A stretch of DNA of 64,000 nt. Source: Coraliomargarita sp. Lineage in GTDB: Bacteria > Verrucomicrobiota > Verrucomicrobiia > Opitutales > Coraliomargaritaceae. The first letter of the stretch is position 1, and the number at the start of each line of letters is the position of its first letter. A program made the translations under genes and the position numbers. The notes below the pieces were generated by a model, which saw only the letters and a program-made list of their open reading frames with translations, did no database searches and had not been told where the DNA came from. The DNA is taken from NCBI GenBank assembly GCA_965216325.1, contig OZ244160.1:1600001-1664000 (forward strand), given 5' to 3'. Below, piece after piece: positions 1 to 11,411 of the stretch.

Positions 1-1309
1 AATCCAGCGCGTCCAAGGTCGCATCCTCCAGATCCAGCGAACCGTCCGGCAAAATATCACACTCGATTCCGGAAAAGACATGGACCGGCGACTCCCCAGA
101 CTCGTTAAAGGCCCGGATCATCTCGACCTGCTTCAGCACCCGCTCGTCGTCCAAGCCCTTGGCCTGGTAACTCGCCTTGGAGTGATCGGCCAGACCGAGG
201 TAGTCAAACCCCAGAGCCTGTGCCGCCTCCGCCATTTCCTCGATCGAAGCACGGCCATCCGAAGCAGTCGTGTGATTGTGAAAAACGCCACGAATGTCCG
301 AAACCTTCACGAGTTCCGGCAACGCCTTCGCCTCCGCAGCTTCCAACTCGCCTAAGCCCTCACGCAATTCCGGCGGAATCTCCGCAAGACCGAGGAATTC
401 AAACAACTCCGCTTCCGAGTTCACCTCAGGTTTCAGGCCTCCACCCTCATCCTTCTCACAGAGTCCCCACTCGCTCAGACTATACCCCCGCGCCAAAGCA
501 CGCTGGCGCATCGCCACGTTGTGCTCTTTGGAACCGGTGAAGTGATGCAGCGCAAAGGCAAACTGCTCAGCTGGCACCACTCGTAGGTCGGCCTGCAGAC
601 CGGATTCGAAGCGCACACTCGACTTGGTCTGACCATGCGCAGTCACTTCCTGCACACCCGCCTGCCCCACGAACCACTCCATGATCGGCTGTGGCTCGGA
701 GGACGCCACGATGAAATCAAGATCGCCCACCGTTTCTTTCAAGCGACGCAGGCTGCCAGCCGCTTCGGCGTGCTCAACCTCGGGCAAAGCACGCAAGCCC
801 GCCAAAATCGCCTCCGCCACCACACGCGCCTCCCACCACAAATGACGCTGCGCGTAGGCCGCACGATTTTCGATGCCGGTCAAAATCTTCTCGGCCGACT
901 TCGCACCAAAGCCCTTCAAGGCGGCAACCTCCCCCGACTCGCAGGCAGCCTTCAACGCATCGATCGACTCAACGCCCAAAGCATCGTGTAGCTTCTTGAC
1001 CTTTTTGCCCCCCAGTCCCGGGATCTGCAGCATCTCAATCAAGCCCGGCGCCACCGAAGCACGCAGCTCACTGTAATACTCTAACTCGCCCGTCGCATGC
1101 AGCGTCTCGATCTTATCTACCAGCGCCGAGCCAATCCCTTTGATTGAGCCCAAGCGCCCCTCCGCAATGATCTCTCCGAGATCATCCTCCAGCGTATCCA
1201 GCACACGTGCACCCGCCGAATAGGCGCGGATCTTAAACGGGTTCTCCCCCTTTAATTCCAGTAGGACCGCAATGTCCTCAAGGATCGCAACAATGTCAGC
1301 TTTGTTCAT
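1..1309 (-). CDS. polX: DNA polymerase X family protein (PolX, probably PolX-PHP); runs off the left edge
   Basis: Not in the ORF track. Manual translation from ATG at 1309 gives [35 protein letters not shown]..., the HhH motifs IKGIGSAL and [24 protein letters not shown] (catalytic DxD), ADLRVV and [14 protein letters not shown]. Confidence 0.92.
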   Translation of the reverse strand, partial: MNKADIVAILEDIAVLLELKGENPFKIRAYSAGARVLDTLEDDLGEIIAEGRLGSIKGIGSALVDKIETLHATGELEYYSELRASVAPGLIEMLQIPGLGGKKVKKLHDALGVESIDALKAACESGEVAALKGFGAKSAEKILTGIENRAAYAQRHLWWEARVVAEAILAGLRALPEVEHAEAAGSLRRLKETVGDLDFIVASSEPQPIMEWFVGQAGVQEVTAHGQTKSSVRFESGLQADLRVVPAEQFAFALHHFTGSKEHNVAMRQRALARGYSLSEWGLCEKDEGGGLKPEVNSEAELFEFLGLAEIPPELREGLGELEAAEAKALPELVKVSDIRGVFHNHTTASDGRASIEEMAEAAQALGFDYLGLADHSKASYQAKGLDDERVLKQVEMIRAFNESGESPVHVFSGIECDILPDGSLDLEDATLDALD

Positions 1310-1348
1310 ACCGCGAAGCTGTGCCTCCAAGCAGGAAATGCAATCCTA

Positions 1349-2725
1349 TCAGCCTTCCAAGCGCAGCGTTTGATTAATCAGACGCTCCATCCATTTGTGA
1401 TCCACCTTGCCACGGTTATTGAGCGGCAGCAGTGGCACGTGGATCATCAGCTTGGGCAGCTTGTAGTTGGCCAAGTCTGCGCGAATCTCCGCTTCCCACT
1501 TGCGCGCATCGCTGTCGACACCCGCTGTTGTGTAAAACGCGACCAGCTTTTGGCCCCACTCCGGATCGGGCCAACCAATGGCGAGCACATCGCGGACGGC
1601 CCCCGTTTGACGGATCGCCTCTTCGACTTCCCGCGGGTCAATTTTCTCGCCACCACTAATAATCAAACGGTCCGTGCGCCCGACAATGTGCAAGCGCCCC
1701 AGTGCATCGTAATAGCCCTCATCATCGGTCCAATAGCCGTCCTCCGACAAGCCACCGCCAAGACTGCCTCGATAAGAATCAAATAACGACTCCGCTCGAA
1801 TTCGGATCCGGCCGGATTTACCAATTTCACAGACAAAATCATCACCACACATGATATCAATCTGCGCGTGATTGAGAGGACGCCCCGCATTGGTCTGCCC
1901 CGCCAGAAACTCATCCGGAGGCAAGGCGGCCACCATTGCAGCAGTCTCGGTCATCCCGTAACTCAAGACCAGCGGCAGCTTCAGCTCACGAGCCTGCTCG
2001 GCAACGGAATCTGGCAGCGGTCCACCGCCAATGAAAATAGCCCGGCAGTTCTGCAATTGGTCGGATGCCCCTTGTAGCGCCATGAGTCGTTGCAACTGGG
2101 TCGGCACCAAAGACAAACAAAGCGTGCCCGGCTCAAAATCAGGAAAGACTCCCCCCTGCAGCTCTTGAAAATCAGGAAAGGCAATCTGCCCCTGCGATAA
2201 GAACGCCCGCAGCAGCTGCATGAGCCCACTGACATGAAAGAGCGGCAGAATACAGCAAGCATGATACGGCCCTGGACCCATGAAACCACGTAAGCCTTCC
2301 CAAGCCGCAGAAAGAGTCTCCCATTGGTGACGTGAAAATTTCACACCACCGGAACTCCCACCGGTCGCGATATAAATACTCCCCGACGGCAAAGGCTTAA
2401 TCGTATCGCGTGCTTTTGTATTGAGAGGCGTCACACCATAGATCCGCGCCGGATTCATCACAGCGGACACTTCCTCCCATTCGCGCAGGCCCCAACGTCG
2501 GTTCGCCAAAATGACCGGAACATCCAGATACACTGCAGCAAAGAATGCAGCCGCAAAGCGGACCGGGTCCTTCTCCGCAACCATCACGCCGCGCGCACGA
2601 ATATCCGGCCTCGCCTTCAACGCCACAATGCGACGCTTCACCCGAGCGACGAAGGCAGCGCCCGAGACACCGGCGATCCACTCGCGGCGCAGGGCTTTTA
2701 ATTCGAATGGCGGAGTGCGTTCCAT
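1349..2725 (-). CDS. menE: O-succinylbenzoate-CoA ligase (AMP-binding enzyme)
   Basis: [10 protein letters not shown]-loop, [15 protein letters not shown] and [14 protein letters not shown] motifs; adjacent to menC. Confidence 0.85.
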   Translation of the reverse strand: MERTPPFELKALRREWIAGVSGAAFVARVKRRIVALKARPDIRARGVMVAEKDPVRFAAAFFAAVYLDVPVILANRRWGLREWEEVSAVMNPARIYGVTPLNTKARDTIKPLPSGSIYIATGGSSGGVKFSRHQWETLSAAWEGLRGFMGPGPYHACCILPLFHVSGLMQLLRAFLSQGQIAFPDFQELQGGVFPDFEPGTLCLSLVPTQLQRLMALQGASDQLQNCRAIFIGGGPLPDSVAEQARELKLPLVLSYGMTETAAMVAALPPDEFLAGQTNAGRPLNHAQIDIMCGDDFVCEIGKSGRIRIRAESLFDSYRGSLGGGLSEDGYWTDDEGYYDALGRLHIVGRTDRLIISGGEKIDPREVEEAIRQTGAVRDVLAIGWPDPEWGQKLVAFYTTAGVDSDARKWEAEIRADLANYKLPKLMIHVPLLPLNNRGKVDHKWMERLINQTLRLEG

Positions 2726-3672
2726 ACAGCTTCAGGCTCGAGTGCATTCAAGTTATCCTCGAAAGCATTGGCCGTATCAAACCCAATTGCGTAATGTCGC
2801 ACAGGTATTTGAGCCGCTAAGCGAGTAACATTCTCAACACCCACCGAAGTCTCAAACACCGAAGACAACACCACACGCTCGGCCACAGGCTGCAAGCGCT
2901 CAAGTAGCTTCACCGAGTCCCCCATCAAGAGCGGCTTCACCACCAGTGGGCCTTGCCACTCACTGAACCACTTAGAACCCGAGGCTCCGTTCAGCGACTC
3001 GTCCAGAGCAATCGGCACCTCGAAGCCCTCCATCAAGACAGCCATCTTATGCTCCTGACCAACCGCAAGCGGCTGTTCCAAAAACTCCACCTGCAACCGC
3101 GCCGCCTCGATCGAAGCCAGCCATGCGATTGCCTCACTCAAACTCAGCCCGCCATTCGCATCCAAGCGCAGGCGACCGCCCTGAGGCAGCCGCGCGAGCA
3201 AACGCTCAAAAACTGCCAACTCCTCGGGTACAGCCCCCACCCCAATCTTCCATTTAAAGCTTCGGTAGCCCGCAGCTGCTTTTTCCAACAGCATGGACTC
3301 GGCTGCAGCTCCTGCAGGCAGTAGTGCCGCAATTTCACGACGCGAAAAGGTAGAGACGGCTGCCCCCAGCCGTCCGTCCTCAGGAGCGGACACTTGAGGG
3401 CAAGCGCCCCTGCCCGCAGCACTCAGACCAAACGCACAACAGGGCAACTCCTCCGGAACTGCCAGATCCGGATTCTCTGCCAGCTGGTGCAAAAACTCCG
3501 CAGCCACCTGCACCGTCTCCGTGCCAAAGTCCGGCAAGGGCGCCACCTCGCCAAAACCGACCTGTCCGTCCTGCTCACAGCGAACAATAAAGCCCTCGCG
3601 CACCGACCACAGGCCGTGCGCAGTGCGCAAGGGCTGTCGAAAAACCCGACGATACGGTCGAAAAGAAAACAT
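2698..3672 (-). CDS. menC: O-succinylbenzoate synthase (enolase superfamily), with a 22-aa REP-derived insert
   Basis: [27 protein letters not shown] and IALDES motifs. Start placed at ATG 3672 because the ORF-track extension to 3744 is heptamer-repeat DNA. Confidence 0.88.
   Translation of the reverse strand: MFSFRPYRRVFRQPLRTAHGLWSVREGFIVRCEQDGQVGFGEVAPLPDFGTETVQVAAEFLHQLAENPDLAVPEELPCCAFGLSAAGRGACPQVSAPEDGRLGAAVSTFSRREIAALLPAGAAAESMLLEKAAAGYRSFKWKIGVGAVPEELAVFERLLARLPQGGRLRLDANGGLSLSEAIAWLASIEAARLQVEFLEQPLAVGQEHKMAVLMEGFEVPIALDESLNGASGSKWFSEWQGPLVVKPLLMGDSVKLLERLQPVAERVVLSSVFETSVGVENVTRLAAQIPVRHYAIGFDTANAFEDNLNALEPEAVWNALRHSN
3349..3414. repeat. REP-like doublet inside the menC coding sequence
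   Basis: Left arm GGTAGAGACGGCTGCCCCCAGCCGTCCG; the reverse complement of the right arm is GGCAGGGGCGCTTGCCCTCAAGTGTCCG. Each arm has an internal hairpin. Length is 66 bp, or 22 codons. Confidence 0.8.
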
Positions 3673-3679
3673 CTGGAGA

Positions 3680-3770
3680 GAAGGCTGAAGCTTGAAACCT
3701 GAAACTTGAAAAAAGAAAACGTGAAAACTGAGTATCCGTTTCACCGTTCAAGTTTCAAGTCTCAGCCTTC
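3680..3770. repeat. Inverted heptamer tandem-repeat element
   Basis: GAAGGCTGAAGCTTGAAACCTGAAACTTGAA ... TTCAAGTTTCAAGTCTCAGCCTTC, with 7-nt periodicity; a related unit lies at about 52014-52050. Confidence 0.7.
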
Positions 3771-3828
3771 ATCACTCTTTTGCCATCTTTCTACTTGAGA
3801 AAAGGCAATCATTTGCTGAGATCGGCCC

Positions 3829-5397
3829 ATGAAAGCTCCCAGCCTTGCAGACTTCTATCAGTCGGCCGACACCTTCTTCGCCGGCAATTTGCCTACGGGC
3901 CTGACTTACGACGACGTGTCGCTCGCCACGCTCTACTCGGAAGTACTCCCGCGTCAGACTAATCTGACCACACGCTTCTCCAAGACTCTGGAGCTGCAGA
4001 TCCCGATCATCTCGTCCGACATGGACACGGTGACCGAGTCCAAGATGGCGATTCAAATGGCGCTTAATGGCGGCATGGGTCTGATCCACTACAACATGAG
4101 CGACGAGAAACAGATCAAGGAAGTCGCTCGTGTCAAAAACCACATTCACGGCTTTATCCAAGAGCCGATCAAAGCCGGCCCGAATCAACAGATCGGCGAA
4201 GTGCTCGAGTTTATTCGCGAGCGCGGCTACGGCTTCAGCACTTTCCCAGTCGTTGATGCCGACGACAAATTGCTCGGTCTGCTGCCAGGTCGTGTCGTGA
4301 AGCCACGCTATGCGGACCGTCTCGTTTCCGAGGCCATGACTCCGCGCGATCAGGTTTACACACTCAACGAGAGCGAGATTAAGCAGGACCCGATTAAGAC
4401 TGCCGACAAGTTCTTCACCGAACACCTTGGCATTCACAAGCTGCTCGTTGTTGATGACAACGACACCCTTCGCGGCCTCTTCACCCTTTCCGACATCGAG
4501 CGTATCGCAGCAGAGCAGCAGCAGTCGGTGAAGCCTGCACGCGATGAGCATTTCCGCCTGCGCTGCGGCGCGGCAATCTCCGCCCACCGCAAGCCCGACG
4601 GCGAACTCGACAAGGATCGTATCTTCGGTCACGTCACACGCCTCGTCGAAGAGGGCGTCGATGCCGTTGCGGTGTCCACGGCGCACGGTTTCTCCAAGGG
4701 CGTCGGCGACACCATCCGTATGCTCCGCGCGGAGTTCCCGGACCTCACACTCATCGCCGGCAACGTTACCAGCGCCGAAGGCGTTGAGTTCCTCGCCGAT
4801 GCGGGTGCCGATGTCATCAAGATCGGTCAGGGCCCGGGGTCCATTTGCACCACACGCATCGTCGCGGGTGTCGGCATCCCTCAGATGACTGCGCTTTACG
4901 TTGCATCCATCGCAGCCAAAGCCAAGGGCGTCACCATCCTCGCTGACGGTGGTATCACCAAGTCCGGCGATATGGTCAAAGCGCTCACCCTCGCTGATGG
5001 CGTCATGTGCGGCAGCCTGCTTGCAGGTTGTAATGAAGCACCTGGTCAGCTTCTCGAAATCAACGGTAAGCTCTACAAGCAATACCGAGGCATGGGCAGC
5101 TCCGCTGCGATGGCTGACGGCTCCGCCGCGCGCTACGGTCACGACCGCAAGGACGTGTCCACCAAGGCAGCCGCTGAAGGCATCGAAGCCCTCAAGGAAT
5201 CCGTTGGTCCGCTCGCAGGTGTGCTCCGCGAACTCGTTGGCGGCATCCAGTCCGGCATGGGCTACCTCGGTGCAGCCACACTCCCAGAGCTCCGCTCCAA
5301 CGCTCGCTACATCCGCGTCAGCCCTGCCGGCCAAAAAGAGTCCGCACCACACGACGTGATTACCGTTAAGACCAGCGAATCGGACGCGACCAAGTAG
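3829..5397 (+). CDS. guaB: IMP dehydrogenase
   Basis: [16 protein letters not shown], a CBS pair, [11 protein letters not shown] (catalytic Cys), ADGGI and YRGMGS. Confidence 0.97.
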   Translation: MKAPSLADFYQSADTFFAGNLPTGLTYDDVSLATLYSEVLPRQTNLTTRFSKTLELQIPIISSDMDTVTESKMAIQMALNGGMGLIHYNMSDEKQIKEVARVKNHIHGFIQEPIKAGPNQQIGEVLEFIRERGYGFSTFPVVDADDKLLGLLPGRVVKPRYADRLVSEAMTPRDQVYTLNESEIKQDPIKTADKFFTEHLGIHKLLVVDDNDTLRGLFTLSDIERIAAEQQQSVKPARDEHFRLRCGAAISAHRKPDGELDKDRIFGHVTRLVEEGVDAVAVSTAHGFSKGVGDTIRMLRAEFPDLTLIAGNVTSAEGVEFLADAGADVIKIGQGPGSICTTRIVAGVGIPQMTALYVASIAAKAKGVTILADGGITKSGDMVKALTLADGVMCGSLLAGCNEAPGQLLEINGKLYKQYRGMGSSAAMADGSAARYGHDRKDVSTKAAAEGIEALKESVGPLAGVLRELVGGIQSGMGYLGAATLPELRSNARYIRVSPAGQKESAPHDVITVKTSESDATK

Positions 5398-5416
5398 TTG
5401 CTGCGCCCCTCTAGCA

Positions 5417-5929
5417 ATGGATTCAATCATTCCAGCCGAGCATATTGCGACTGCGATCCATTGGATTCGGAAACAGAAAGTCATCCTCGATCGTGACTTG
5501 GCCGAACTTTACGGCGTTGAAACCCGGACATTAAAGCAGGCCGTCCGCAGAAACATTGAACGATTCCCAGAAGATTTCATGTTCTCTCTCTCAAATGAAG
5601 AGATGGATACCATGGTATCACAATCTGTGATACCATCGAAGAAAATCTTCGGAGGTGCCAGTCCTATGGCCTTTACCGAACAAGGCGTCGCGATGCTCTC
5701 GAGCGTTCTTCGCAGCCCGGAAGCGGTGCAAGTTAACATCGCGATCATGCGAACCTTTGTCGAACTGCGTAACTTAATGGATAGCAACCTAGAGCTCGCA
5801 CGAAAAATCGACGCGCTGGAAGATAAATACGATGAGCAATTTCTTGCCGTATTCGATGCAATTAAGCAGTTACTGGACGACTCAGCAGTAAATCATAAGA
5901 AAAAGAAGAAAATGGGATTTCATCCCTAG
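5417..5929 (+). CDS. ORF6N domain DNA-binding protein
   Basis: [56 protein letters not shown] and a C-terminal MGF. Confidence 0.9.
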   Translation: MDSIIPAEHIATAIHWIRKQKVILDRDLAELYGVETRTLKQAVRRNIERFPEDFMFSLSNEEMDTMVSQSVIPSKKIFGGASPMAFTEQGVAMLSSVLRSPEAVQVNIAIMRTFVELRNLMDSNLELARKIDALEDKYDEQFLAVFDAIKQLLDDSAVNHKKKKKMGFHP

Positions 5930-5939
5930 AAAGCAAAAA

Positions 5940-7487
5940 ATGCTAACTCCATTTCAAAGCCAACTCATTGCCGACACTGGCATCTCTACCGGCGACGAAG
6001 GCAAGGGCCGCGTCATTCTCGAGATCGTCAACGAACTCCGCGACGTCACTGGTCGCGAAGACTCCGTCGCTGCGGTCATGAAAGTCAACGGCGGCTCCAA
6101 CTCCGGCCACACCGTTGCAGGCATTAAGCTCAACCTCCTTCCAGGAGGCGTTGCCGACCCAAAGGTTCCCTATCTGCCAATCGGTTGCGGCGTCGTTGCC
6201 GATCCACGCAAGTTCCTCTGGGAATCCGCTTACGCCGAACTACACGGGCACGTCGCATTGAAGCGCCTAGCGATTGACGAGCGTTGCCTCGTTTCCGACC
6301 TCTGCCACCGCCTGCTCGACCTCGCATGGGAAGACTACCGCGTGCACGTGCAGAAAGGCGACCCACGCGGCTCCACCGGCCGCGGCATTACACCGGCCTA
6401 CCTCGACGAAGTCGGCCAATTCCAAATTTACTACGCCGACTTCCTCGGCAGCAAAGAAGCTTACGTCGCCAAAATGCAGGGCCGCATCGACCGCGCCATG
6501 CGCATCATCGAGCACGTTTGCCAAGTCGCGCCAGAACGCTGGCCAAGCTTCTTTGAAACCCTCAGCGGCGCCGAGACACGCGCCAACGCCGAAGTCATCG
6601 AAGCTGGCAAATTCGACGACGCCGAATTCGACTTCGGTCAATTCGCAGGCGAGGCACCTTTCACACTGAATGCCGAAAAGCTCATCGAGGCTTACTGGGC
6701 CGCAGGACAGATCCTCGCACCACAAGTCTGCGACGTGCGCGAATTGATCCTTCGCGAACAGGACAAGGGCAACTACATCATCGGTGAATTCGGCCAAGCT
6801 TACTGGCTCGATAAGCGGCACGGCTTCCCGCCCAACGTCACCGCCTCCCACACCTTTACACCGGAGTTCTTCCAGTCTGCAGGCATCCCCGCACAACCGA
6901 TCCACAATGTTGGTTGCTGCAAAGCTTACGACACCAAGGTTGGCACCCACGTATTTATTTCCGAGATCGACCTCGAACACCCGCTCAGCACCCAGCTGCG
7001 TAAGATCGAGTTCGGTGCAACTACAGGCCGTCAACGTATGGTCGGTTGGTATGACGCAGTTGAGAAAGGCGACGCCCTCCGCTACGGCGGCTATCAGGAC
7101 CTCGTGCTCAACAAGCTCGACGCCCTCTCCCACTCCGGTGACTGGCAAGGCGAACTGCAAATCTGCGTCGCCTATGAAGATGCAGACGGCAACGTCGTTT
7201 ACCACGTCCCGCGCGACGACAATTACCGCCGCACCCTGAAGCCGGTTTACAAAAACGTCCCAGGCTGGAGCGAAGACATCTCCGGCGTGCGCAGCTTCGA
7301 CGACCTCCCCGAGAACGCGAAGAACTACGTCGCATGGATGATGAAAGCCTTGATCGACGTCGCCAACCACGGCGACCAAAACAAGGACAAGTATCCAAAT
7401 CTCCGATACATCGGCGTCGGCCCCGAACCCAGCCAGATCATCAAGGACGTGCCCGACATCCAAGAATTGCTGAAGCTGGCGAAGTAG
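5940..7487 (+). CDS. purA: Adenylosuccinate synthetase
   Basis: [32 protein letters not shown] and NKLD motifs; longer than the usual ~430 aa. Confidence 0.95.
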   Translation: MLTPFQSQLIADTGISTGDEGKGRVILEIVNELRDVTGREDSVAAVMKVNGGSNSGHTVAGIKLNLLPGGVADPKVPYLPIGCGVVADPRKFLWESAYAELHGHVALKRLAIDERCLVSDLCHRLLDLAWEDYRVHVQKGDPRGSTGRGITPAYLDEVGQFQIYYADFLGSKEAYVAKMQGRIDRAMRIIEHVCQVAPERWPSFFETLSGAETRANAEVIEAGKFDDAEFDFGQFAGEAPFTLNAEKLIEAYWAAGQILAPQVCDVRELILREQDKGNYIIGEFGQAYWLDKRHGFPPNVTASHTFTPEFFQSAGIPAQPIHNVGCCKAYDTKVGTHVFISEIDLEHPLSTQLRKIEFGATTGRQRMVGWYDAVEKGDALRYGGYQDLVLNKLDALSHSGDWQGELQICVAYEDADGNVVYHVPRDDNYRRTLKPVYKNVPGWSEDISGVRSFDDLPENAKNYVAWMMKALIDVANHGDQNKDKYPNLRYIGVGPEPSQIIKDVPDIQELLKLAK

Positions 7488-7488
7488 C

Positions 7489-8235
7489 ATGCTCATTTCC
7501 GACAAGCATCGGCTCATCTTGATGCTACCTGAGAAGTGTGGTTCTTCCACCTTACAGAAGCGGCTAGCATCAATCCATGACGTGACTGAATTCGGGCTGG
7601 GCCATCAATATAGCCCTGAACTAAACAAAACACTCAGCAAACACGTCAGCATCAAGGATGCAAGAAGACTCAAAGCCTTTAAGATACGCTCACATTACCT
7701 CAAGGCTTGCTTTGTAAGAAACCCCTATGACAGAGCTTACTCTTGGTTTCACTGGAACATCAAAACTGTGCCTCAGAAGATTAAACTACTCGAAGAACGC
7801 AGAAGAAATACAGGTAAACTTAACGAGGAAGAGACTACAGCCCTAGACAAAGCTCAAAAACGTTTAGACCTGCTAGAAAAGCTAAACTATGACTTCGAGC
7901 AATTCATAACAGTGAAGCACAAACGCTTGAGGCCGACACACAGATACACCCATCATTGGCGCATGAAACAAGTTAACTTCATTGGCAGAGTAGAGACATT
8001 CGAAGCATGCTATCAACAGCTCTGTAAACGCATCAACTTCAAGCCCCCCTCATTCGAGAATGCAAATATCATCGGCACTCAACATATTAACAAAGCGAAC
8101 GAGGGAGAAAAACCAGAATACCTCAACAAGTATTCTAAAGCTGCCCTTGCAGTAATCAATAGGGCTTACGCAAGAGACTTTAAAATCTTCAATTACAAGA
8201 CATACACCTGCCAGGAAAATGAGCTCTACAATTAG
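7489..8235 (+). CDS. Sulfotransferase family 2 protein
   Basis: PEKCGSST (5'-PSB), FVRNPYDRAYS (3'-PB) and FIGRVETF; visibly AT-rich. Confidence 0.8.
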   Translation: MLISDKHRLILMLPEKCGSSTLQKRLASIHDVTEFGLGHQYSPELNKTLSKHVSIKDARRLKAFKIRSHYLKACFVRNPYDRAYSWFHWNIKTVPQKIKLLEERRRNTGKLNEEETTALDKAQKRLDLLEKLNYDFEQFITVKHKRLRPTHRYTHHWRMKQVNFIGRVETFEACYQQLCKRINFKPPSFENANIIGTQHINKANEGEKPEYLNKYSKAALAVINRAYARDFKIFNYKTYTCQENELYN

Positions 8236-8297
8236 TCACACTGCGAAGCCAATACATCCATTCTTAGACTGCTGAATAGCTCTTGAATCCTATCCAC

Positions 8298-8627
8298 ATG
8301 AACAAAAAAATCCTAGCTGCCTGCGAGGCCTTCTCCACCGGCAAAGCCGAAAAGGCCTTACCACTCATCGCCGACAGTGTCGAGTGGCACATCGTCGGCG
8401 ACCACAGCATCGTCGGCAAAGCAGGCGTTGAGGAGACCTGCGCCGAAGCAGCCGCACAAGGGAACCCTAACTTTGAAAACGGGCGCGTGATCACCAGCAA
8501 ATCACACGTGATCGTTGAAGGACAAGACTTCGACACCGATGTTCACTACTGCGACATCTACACGATCGAAGACGGGCTGATCCACGAAATCACCTCCTAC
8601 TGTCTAGCACCCGCAGCGGAGGAGTAA
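8298..8627 (+). CDS. SnoaL-like / NTF2-family protein
   Basis: ADSVEWHIVG...GKAGV and YCDIYTIEDGLIHEITSY pattern; ATG at 8298. Confidence 0.75.
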   Translation: MNKKILAACEAFSTGKAEKALPLIADSVEWHIVGDHSIVGKAGVEETCAEAAAQGNPNFENGRVITSKSHVIVEGQDFDTDVHYCDIYTIEDGLIHEITSYCLAPAAEE

Positions 8628-8732
8628 GCCAAGCTTAGTAGATGCTCCACTTTGTGGATGCATTTCCAATTAGCGCAAACCGGCTGGGCACTAAAGTGAC
8701 GCACACGTGCGCACGCCACAATGGGGCCCTGC

Positions 8733-9152
8733 TTACTCGCCCTGGTAGCTCAGCACGATCCGGCGACTATGGCTGCGCGCACGGTGCTCCCAGAGGAACA
8801 CGCCCTGCCAAGTGCCGAGACAGAGTCGTCCATCCACAAACGGGATCACCTCTGCCGTTCGAGTCAGCGCCATCTTGATGTGGCTCGGCATATCATCCAG
8901 CCCCTCGTAAGTATGCGTAAAGTCCGGATCATTTTCCGGCACGAGTCGGTCAATAAATCGCTCCAAGTCACGCCGCGCAGAAGGGTCCGCGTTTTCCATG
9001 ATCACTAAGCTGGAGCTCGTGTGGCAGCAGAACACAGTAACCGTCCCCTCACGCAAACCCGAAGCTCGCAAGCCCTGCTCGATCTCATGGGTAATTTCTG
9101 CCGTCGCTTTACCCGGCGCACTGACGCGTATCTCTTTAGTAAAAACTGCCAT
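8733..9152 (-). CDS. yjbQ: YjbQ/UPF0047 family protein
   Basis: HTSSSLVIMENADP, HTYEGLDDMPSHIK and LGTWQGVFLWEHR. Confidence 0.9.
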   Translation of the reverse strand: MAVFTKEIRVSAPGKATAEITHEIEQGLRASGLREGTVTVFCCHTSSSLVIMENADPSARRDLERFIDRLVPENDPDFTHTYEGLDDMPSHIKMALTRTAEVIPFVDGRLCLGTWQGVFLWEHRARSHSRRIVLSYQGE

Positions 9153-9260
9153 TGCTCCAGCAAAGAAGGAACTGCGCGATCTGTGAAGTTTTTAAGCCGA
9201 TCCACGAACAATCGTCCTCTATAATTGCATTTAGCTTATTTGCATACACGCTGGATTTCT

Positions 9261-9812
9261 ATGAAAGCTCGATACCTCATCGCTCTATCTTGCGCTTTGG
9301 CTTGTTTATTTCCCGGCTGCGAAAGCCCCAAGACTGTTGACTACGACAGCGCTATGCTCGGCAAAATGCGGGCTTACAAATGCTACAGCATCGAAAGTCG
9401 CGAGGAGCGCTCTAGCTATCAGCACCTGTCACTCACCGAAATCGTAGATCGTCGCATCGTTACTGCGCTTGAAAACCAACTCAAAGTCCGCGGCTACCGC
9501 AACGACTGCGCCGAACCAGACTTCATCGTAACCTTTTTCACCAAAACCGAAAAGAAGACCACAGTTAACGACCTCGGAATGGCAGGCGGCTACTACCGCC
9601 GCTATCCATATCGTGGATTCTACGGTAGCAGCGCACGCTACAGTGTCGATCAATACGAAGAAGGCACCTTGATCGTCGACATCATCGACAACGAAACCAA
9701 ACAAATGGTCTGGCGGGGCGCAGCCTCACGTCGTTTGGGGCGCCAAGCTCCGCAGCAAGCGGAGATTCACGACATCATTGTCGATATTCTGGCGGAATTC
9801 CCACCGCAGTGA
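9261..9812 (+). CDS. DUF4136-like lipoprotein
   Basis: Signal peptide ending FPGC (lipobox-like) and YEEGTLIVDIIDNETKQMVWRG. Confidence 0.8.
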   Translation: MKARYLIALSCALACLFPGCESPKTVDYDSAMLGKMRAYKCYSIESREERSSYQHLSLTEIVDRRIVTALENQLKVRGYRNDCAEPDFIVTFFTKTEKKTTVNDLGMAGGYYRRYPYRGFYGSSARYSVDQYEEGTLIVDIIDNETKQMVWRGAASRRLGRQAPQQAEIHDIIVDILAEFPPQ

Positions 9813-9866
9813 GCACCAATACCTGATTGGGGTTGACTCTAGAGCCGATTCCAACGCTCTAGAGGC

Positions 9867-10466
9867 ATGAATATCGTTTGCCTCGACCTCGAGGGGGTGC
9901 TCATCCCCGAAATCTGGATCGCATTTGCCGAAAAGACCGGCATCGAAGCCCTGAAACGCACCACACGTGACGAACCCTGCTACGACACGCTGATGCGTTA
10001 CCGCCTAGACATCCTCGACAAAGAAGGCTTCAAACTGTCCGATATTGAAGAAGTCATTGGCACCCTTGACCCACTTCCCGGCGCAAAGGAATTCGTCGAA
10101 TGGGTCACTTCGCAAACTCGTCTAGTCATCCTTTCCGACACCTTCCGTCAATTCGCAGGCCCTTTGATGGCCAAGCTTGGATACCCGACACTCTTCTGTC
10201 ATGATCTCGTAATCGACGAGACTGGCCGCATCGCGGACTACAAGCTCCGCCTTCCAGACCACAAACGCAAGGCAGTCGAAGCCTTCAAGGCACTGAACTT
10301 CGAACCTTTCGCAGCCGGCGACTCCTACAACGATCTCAGTATGATCGATTGCGCGGACAACAAAGCACTCTACTGCCCACCTGAGCGCCTGATTAAGGAG
10401 CGCCCTGATCTCGCAGTCGCAACCACTCACGCAGAACTGCGCGCGATCATCGAAAAGCACCTTTAA
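9867..10466 (+). CDS. thrH: Phosphoserine phosphatase / homoserine phosphotransferase
   Basis: CLDLEGVLIPEIW, TTRDEP and AAGDSYND HAD motifs. Confidence 0.93.
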   Translation: MNIVCLDLEGVLIPEIWIAFAEKTGIEALKRTTRDEPCYDTLMRYRLDILDKEGFKLSDIEEVIGTLDPLPGAKEFVEWVTSQTRLVILSDTFRQFAGPLMAKLGYPTLFCHDLVIDETGRIADYKLRLPDHKRKAVEAFKALNFEPFAAGDSYNDLSMIDCADNKALYCPPERLIKERPDLAVATTHAELRAIIEKHL

Positions 10467-10488
10467 CCCCACAAACCACAAACACCCC

Positions 10489-10785
10489 ATGCTAGTCCAT
10501 ACAGTCCTATTCTGGCTCCGCAAAGACCTTGACCGAGACAAAGTCACCGAGTTCCGCCTCGCACTGGAAACAATGAAAGGCATTGAGCATGCCGAGGCCG
10601 TCTACATTGGCGTGCCGGCAGCCACACCCGAGCGTCCGGTCATCGATACCAGTTATGATTTCTGCCTAACCGTGATTCTGAAAGACATGGCAGCGCACGA
10701 TGCGTATCAGGCGGACCCAATCCACGTTGAGTTCCTCAAGAACAAGGACCTGTGGAAAAAGGTTAAGATCTACGACGCCGACTAA
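10489..10785 (+). CDS. Dabb family stress-responsive A/B barrel protein
   Basis: HTVLFWL...YQADPIH pattern. Confidence 0.85.
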   Translation: MLVHTVLFWLRKDLDRDKVTEFRLALETMKGIEHAEAVYIGVPAATPERPVIDTSYDFCLTVILKDMAAHDAYQADPIHVEFLKNKDLWKKVKIYDAD

Positions 10786-10793
10786 ATGCCCCA

Positions 10794-11408
10794 ATGCTAG
10801 AGACACTTTGCGAACAATTCGCTGCACTGAGTTGGGTGCAATGGCTCGGCTTTGCAACGGGTGTCACTGGTGTTTACCTTAGCATCAAAGAGCGGCTCCT
10901 CGCATGGCCGCTGTTTATCCTTTGCTACAGTTGCTACGTCTATCTGAGCTACCAATACGGGCTCAAATCATTCATGCTGATGAATACGATCTTCATCGGC
11001 ATCTCAATCTACGGCTGGCAAAAATGGGCACGCGGACAACATGCAGGCCAAGGTGATGACATCCCGGTTAGCCATGTGCGCAAACCACACTTACTGATCG
11101 CACTAGCACTCATAGTAGTCGGCACTGTGGGCCTAGGGAGCCTCTTTCAGAAAACAGGCGAAGCTGCGATGCCTTACCTCGACTCGTTTGCCACCTGTTG
11201 CGGCTTCATCGCCCAATGGCTCCTCAGCCGCAAACACGTCGAGACATGGATCGCATGGATCATCACCGACTGCGTATACATCTACCTACTCGCAAAACAA
11301 GGTGCTCTCACGGATGTGCTGCTATTCACCATCTTTATTATACTAGCCCTCAAAGGCTGGAAAGAGTGGCGAGCACCAATACGACAAGCGCAAACCCAAA
11401 CAGCATAA
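10794..11408 (+). CDS. pnuC: Nicotinamide riboside transporter PnuC
   Basis: Hydrophobic protein with YGWQKW, PYLDS and AQWLLSRKHVETWIAWI. Confidence 0.88.
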   Translation: MLETLCEQFAALSWVQWLGFATGVTGVYLSIKERLLAWPLFILCYSCYVYLSYQYGLKSFMLMNTIFIGISIYGWQKWARGQHAGQGDDIPVSHVRKPHLLIALALIVVGTVGLGSLFQKTGEAAMPYLDSFATCCGFIAQWLLSRKHVETWIAWIITDCVYIYLLAKQGALTDVLLFTIFIILALKGWKEWRAPIRQAQTQTA

Positions 11409-11411
11409 AAC

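Noticed and set aside
3772..5484. 570-aa minus-strand ORF
   Set aside because: Antisense shadow of guaB caused by codon bias; no recognisable motifs.
6267..7550. 427-aa minus-strand ORF
   Set aside because: Antisense shadow of purA.
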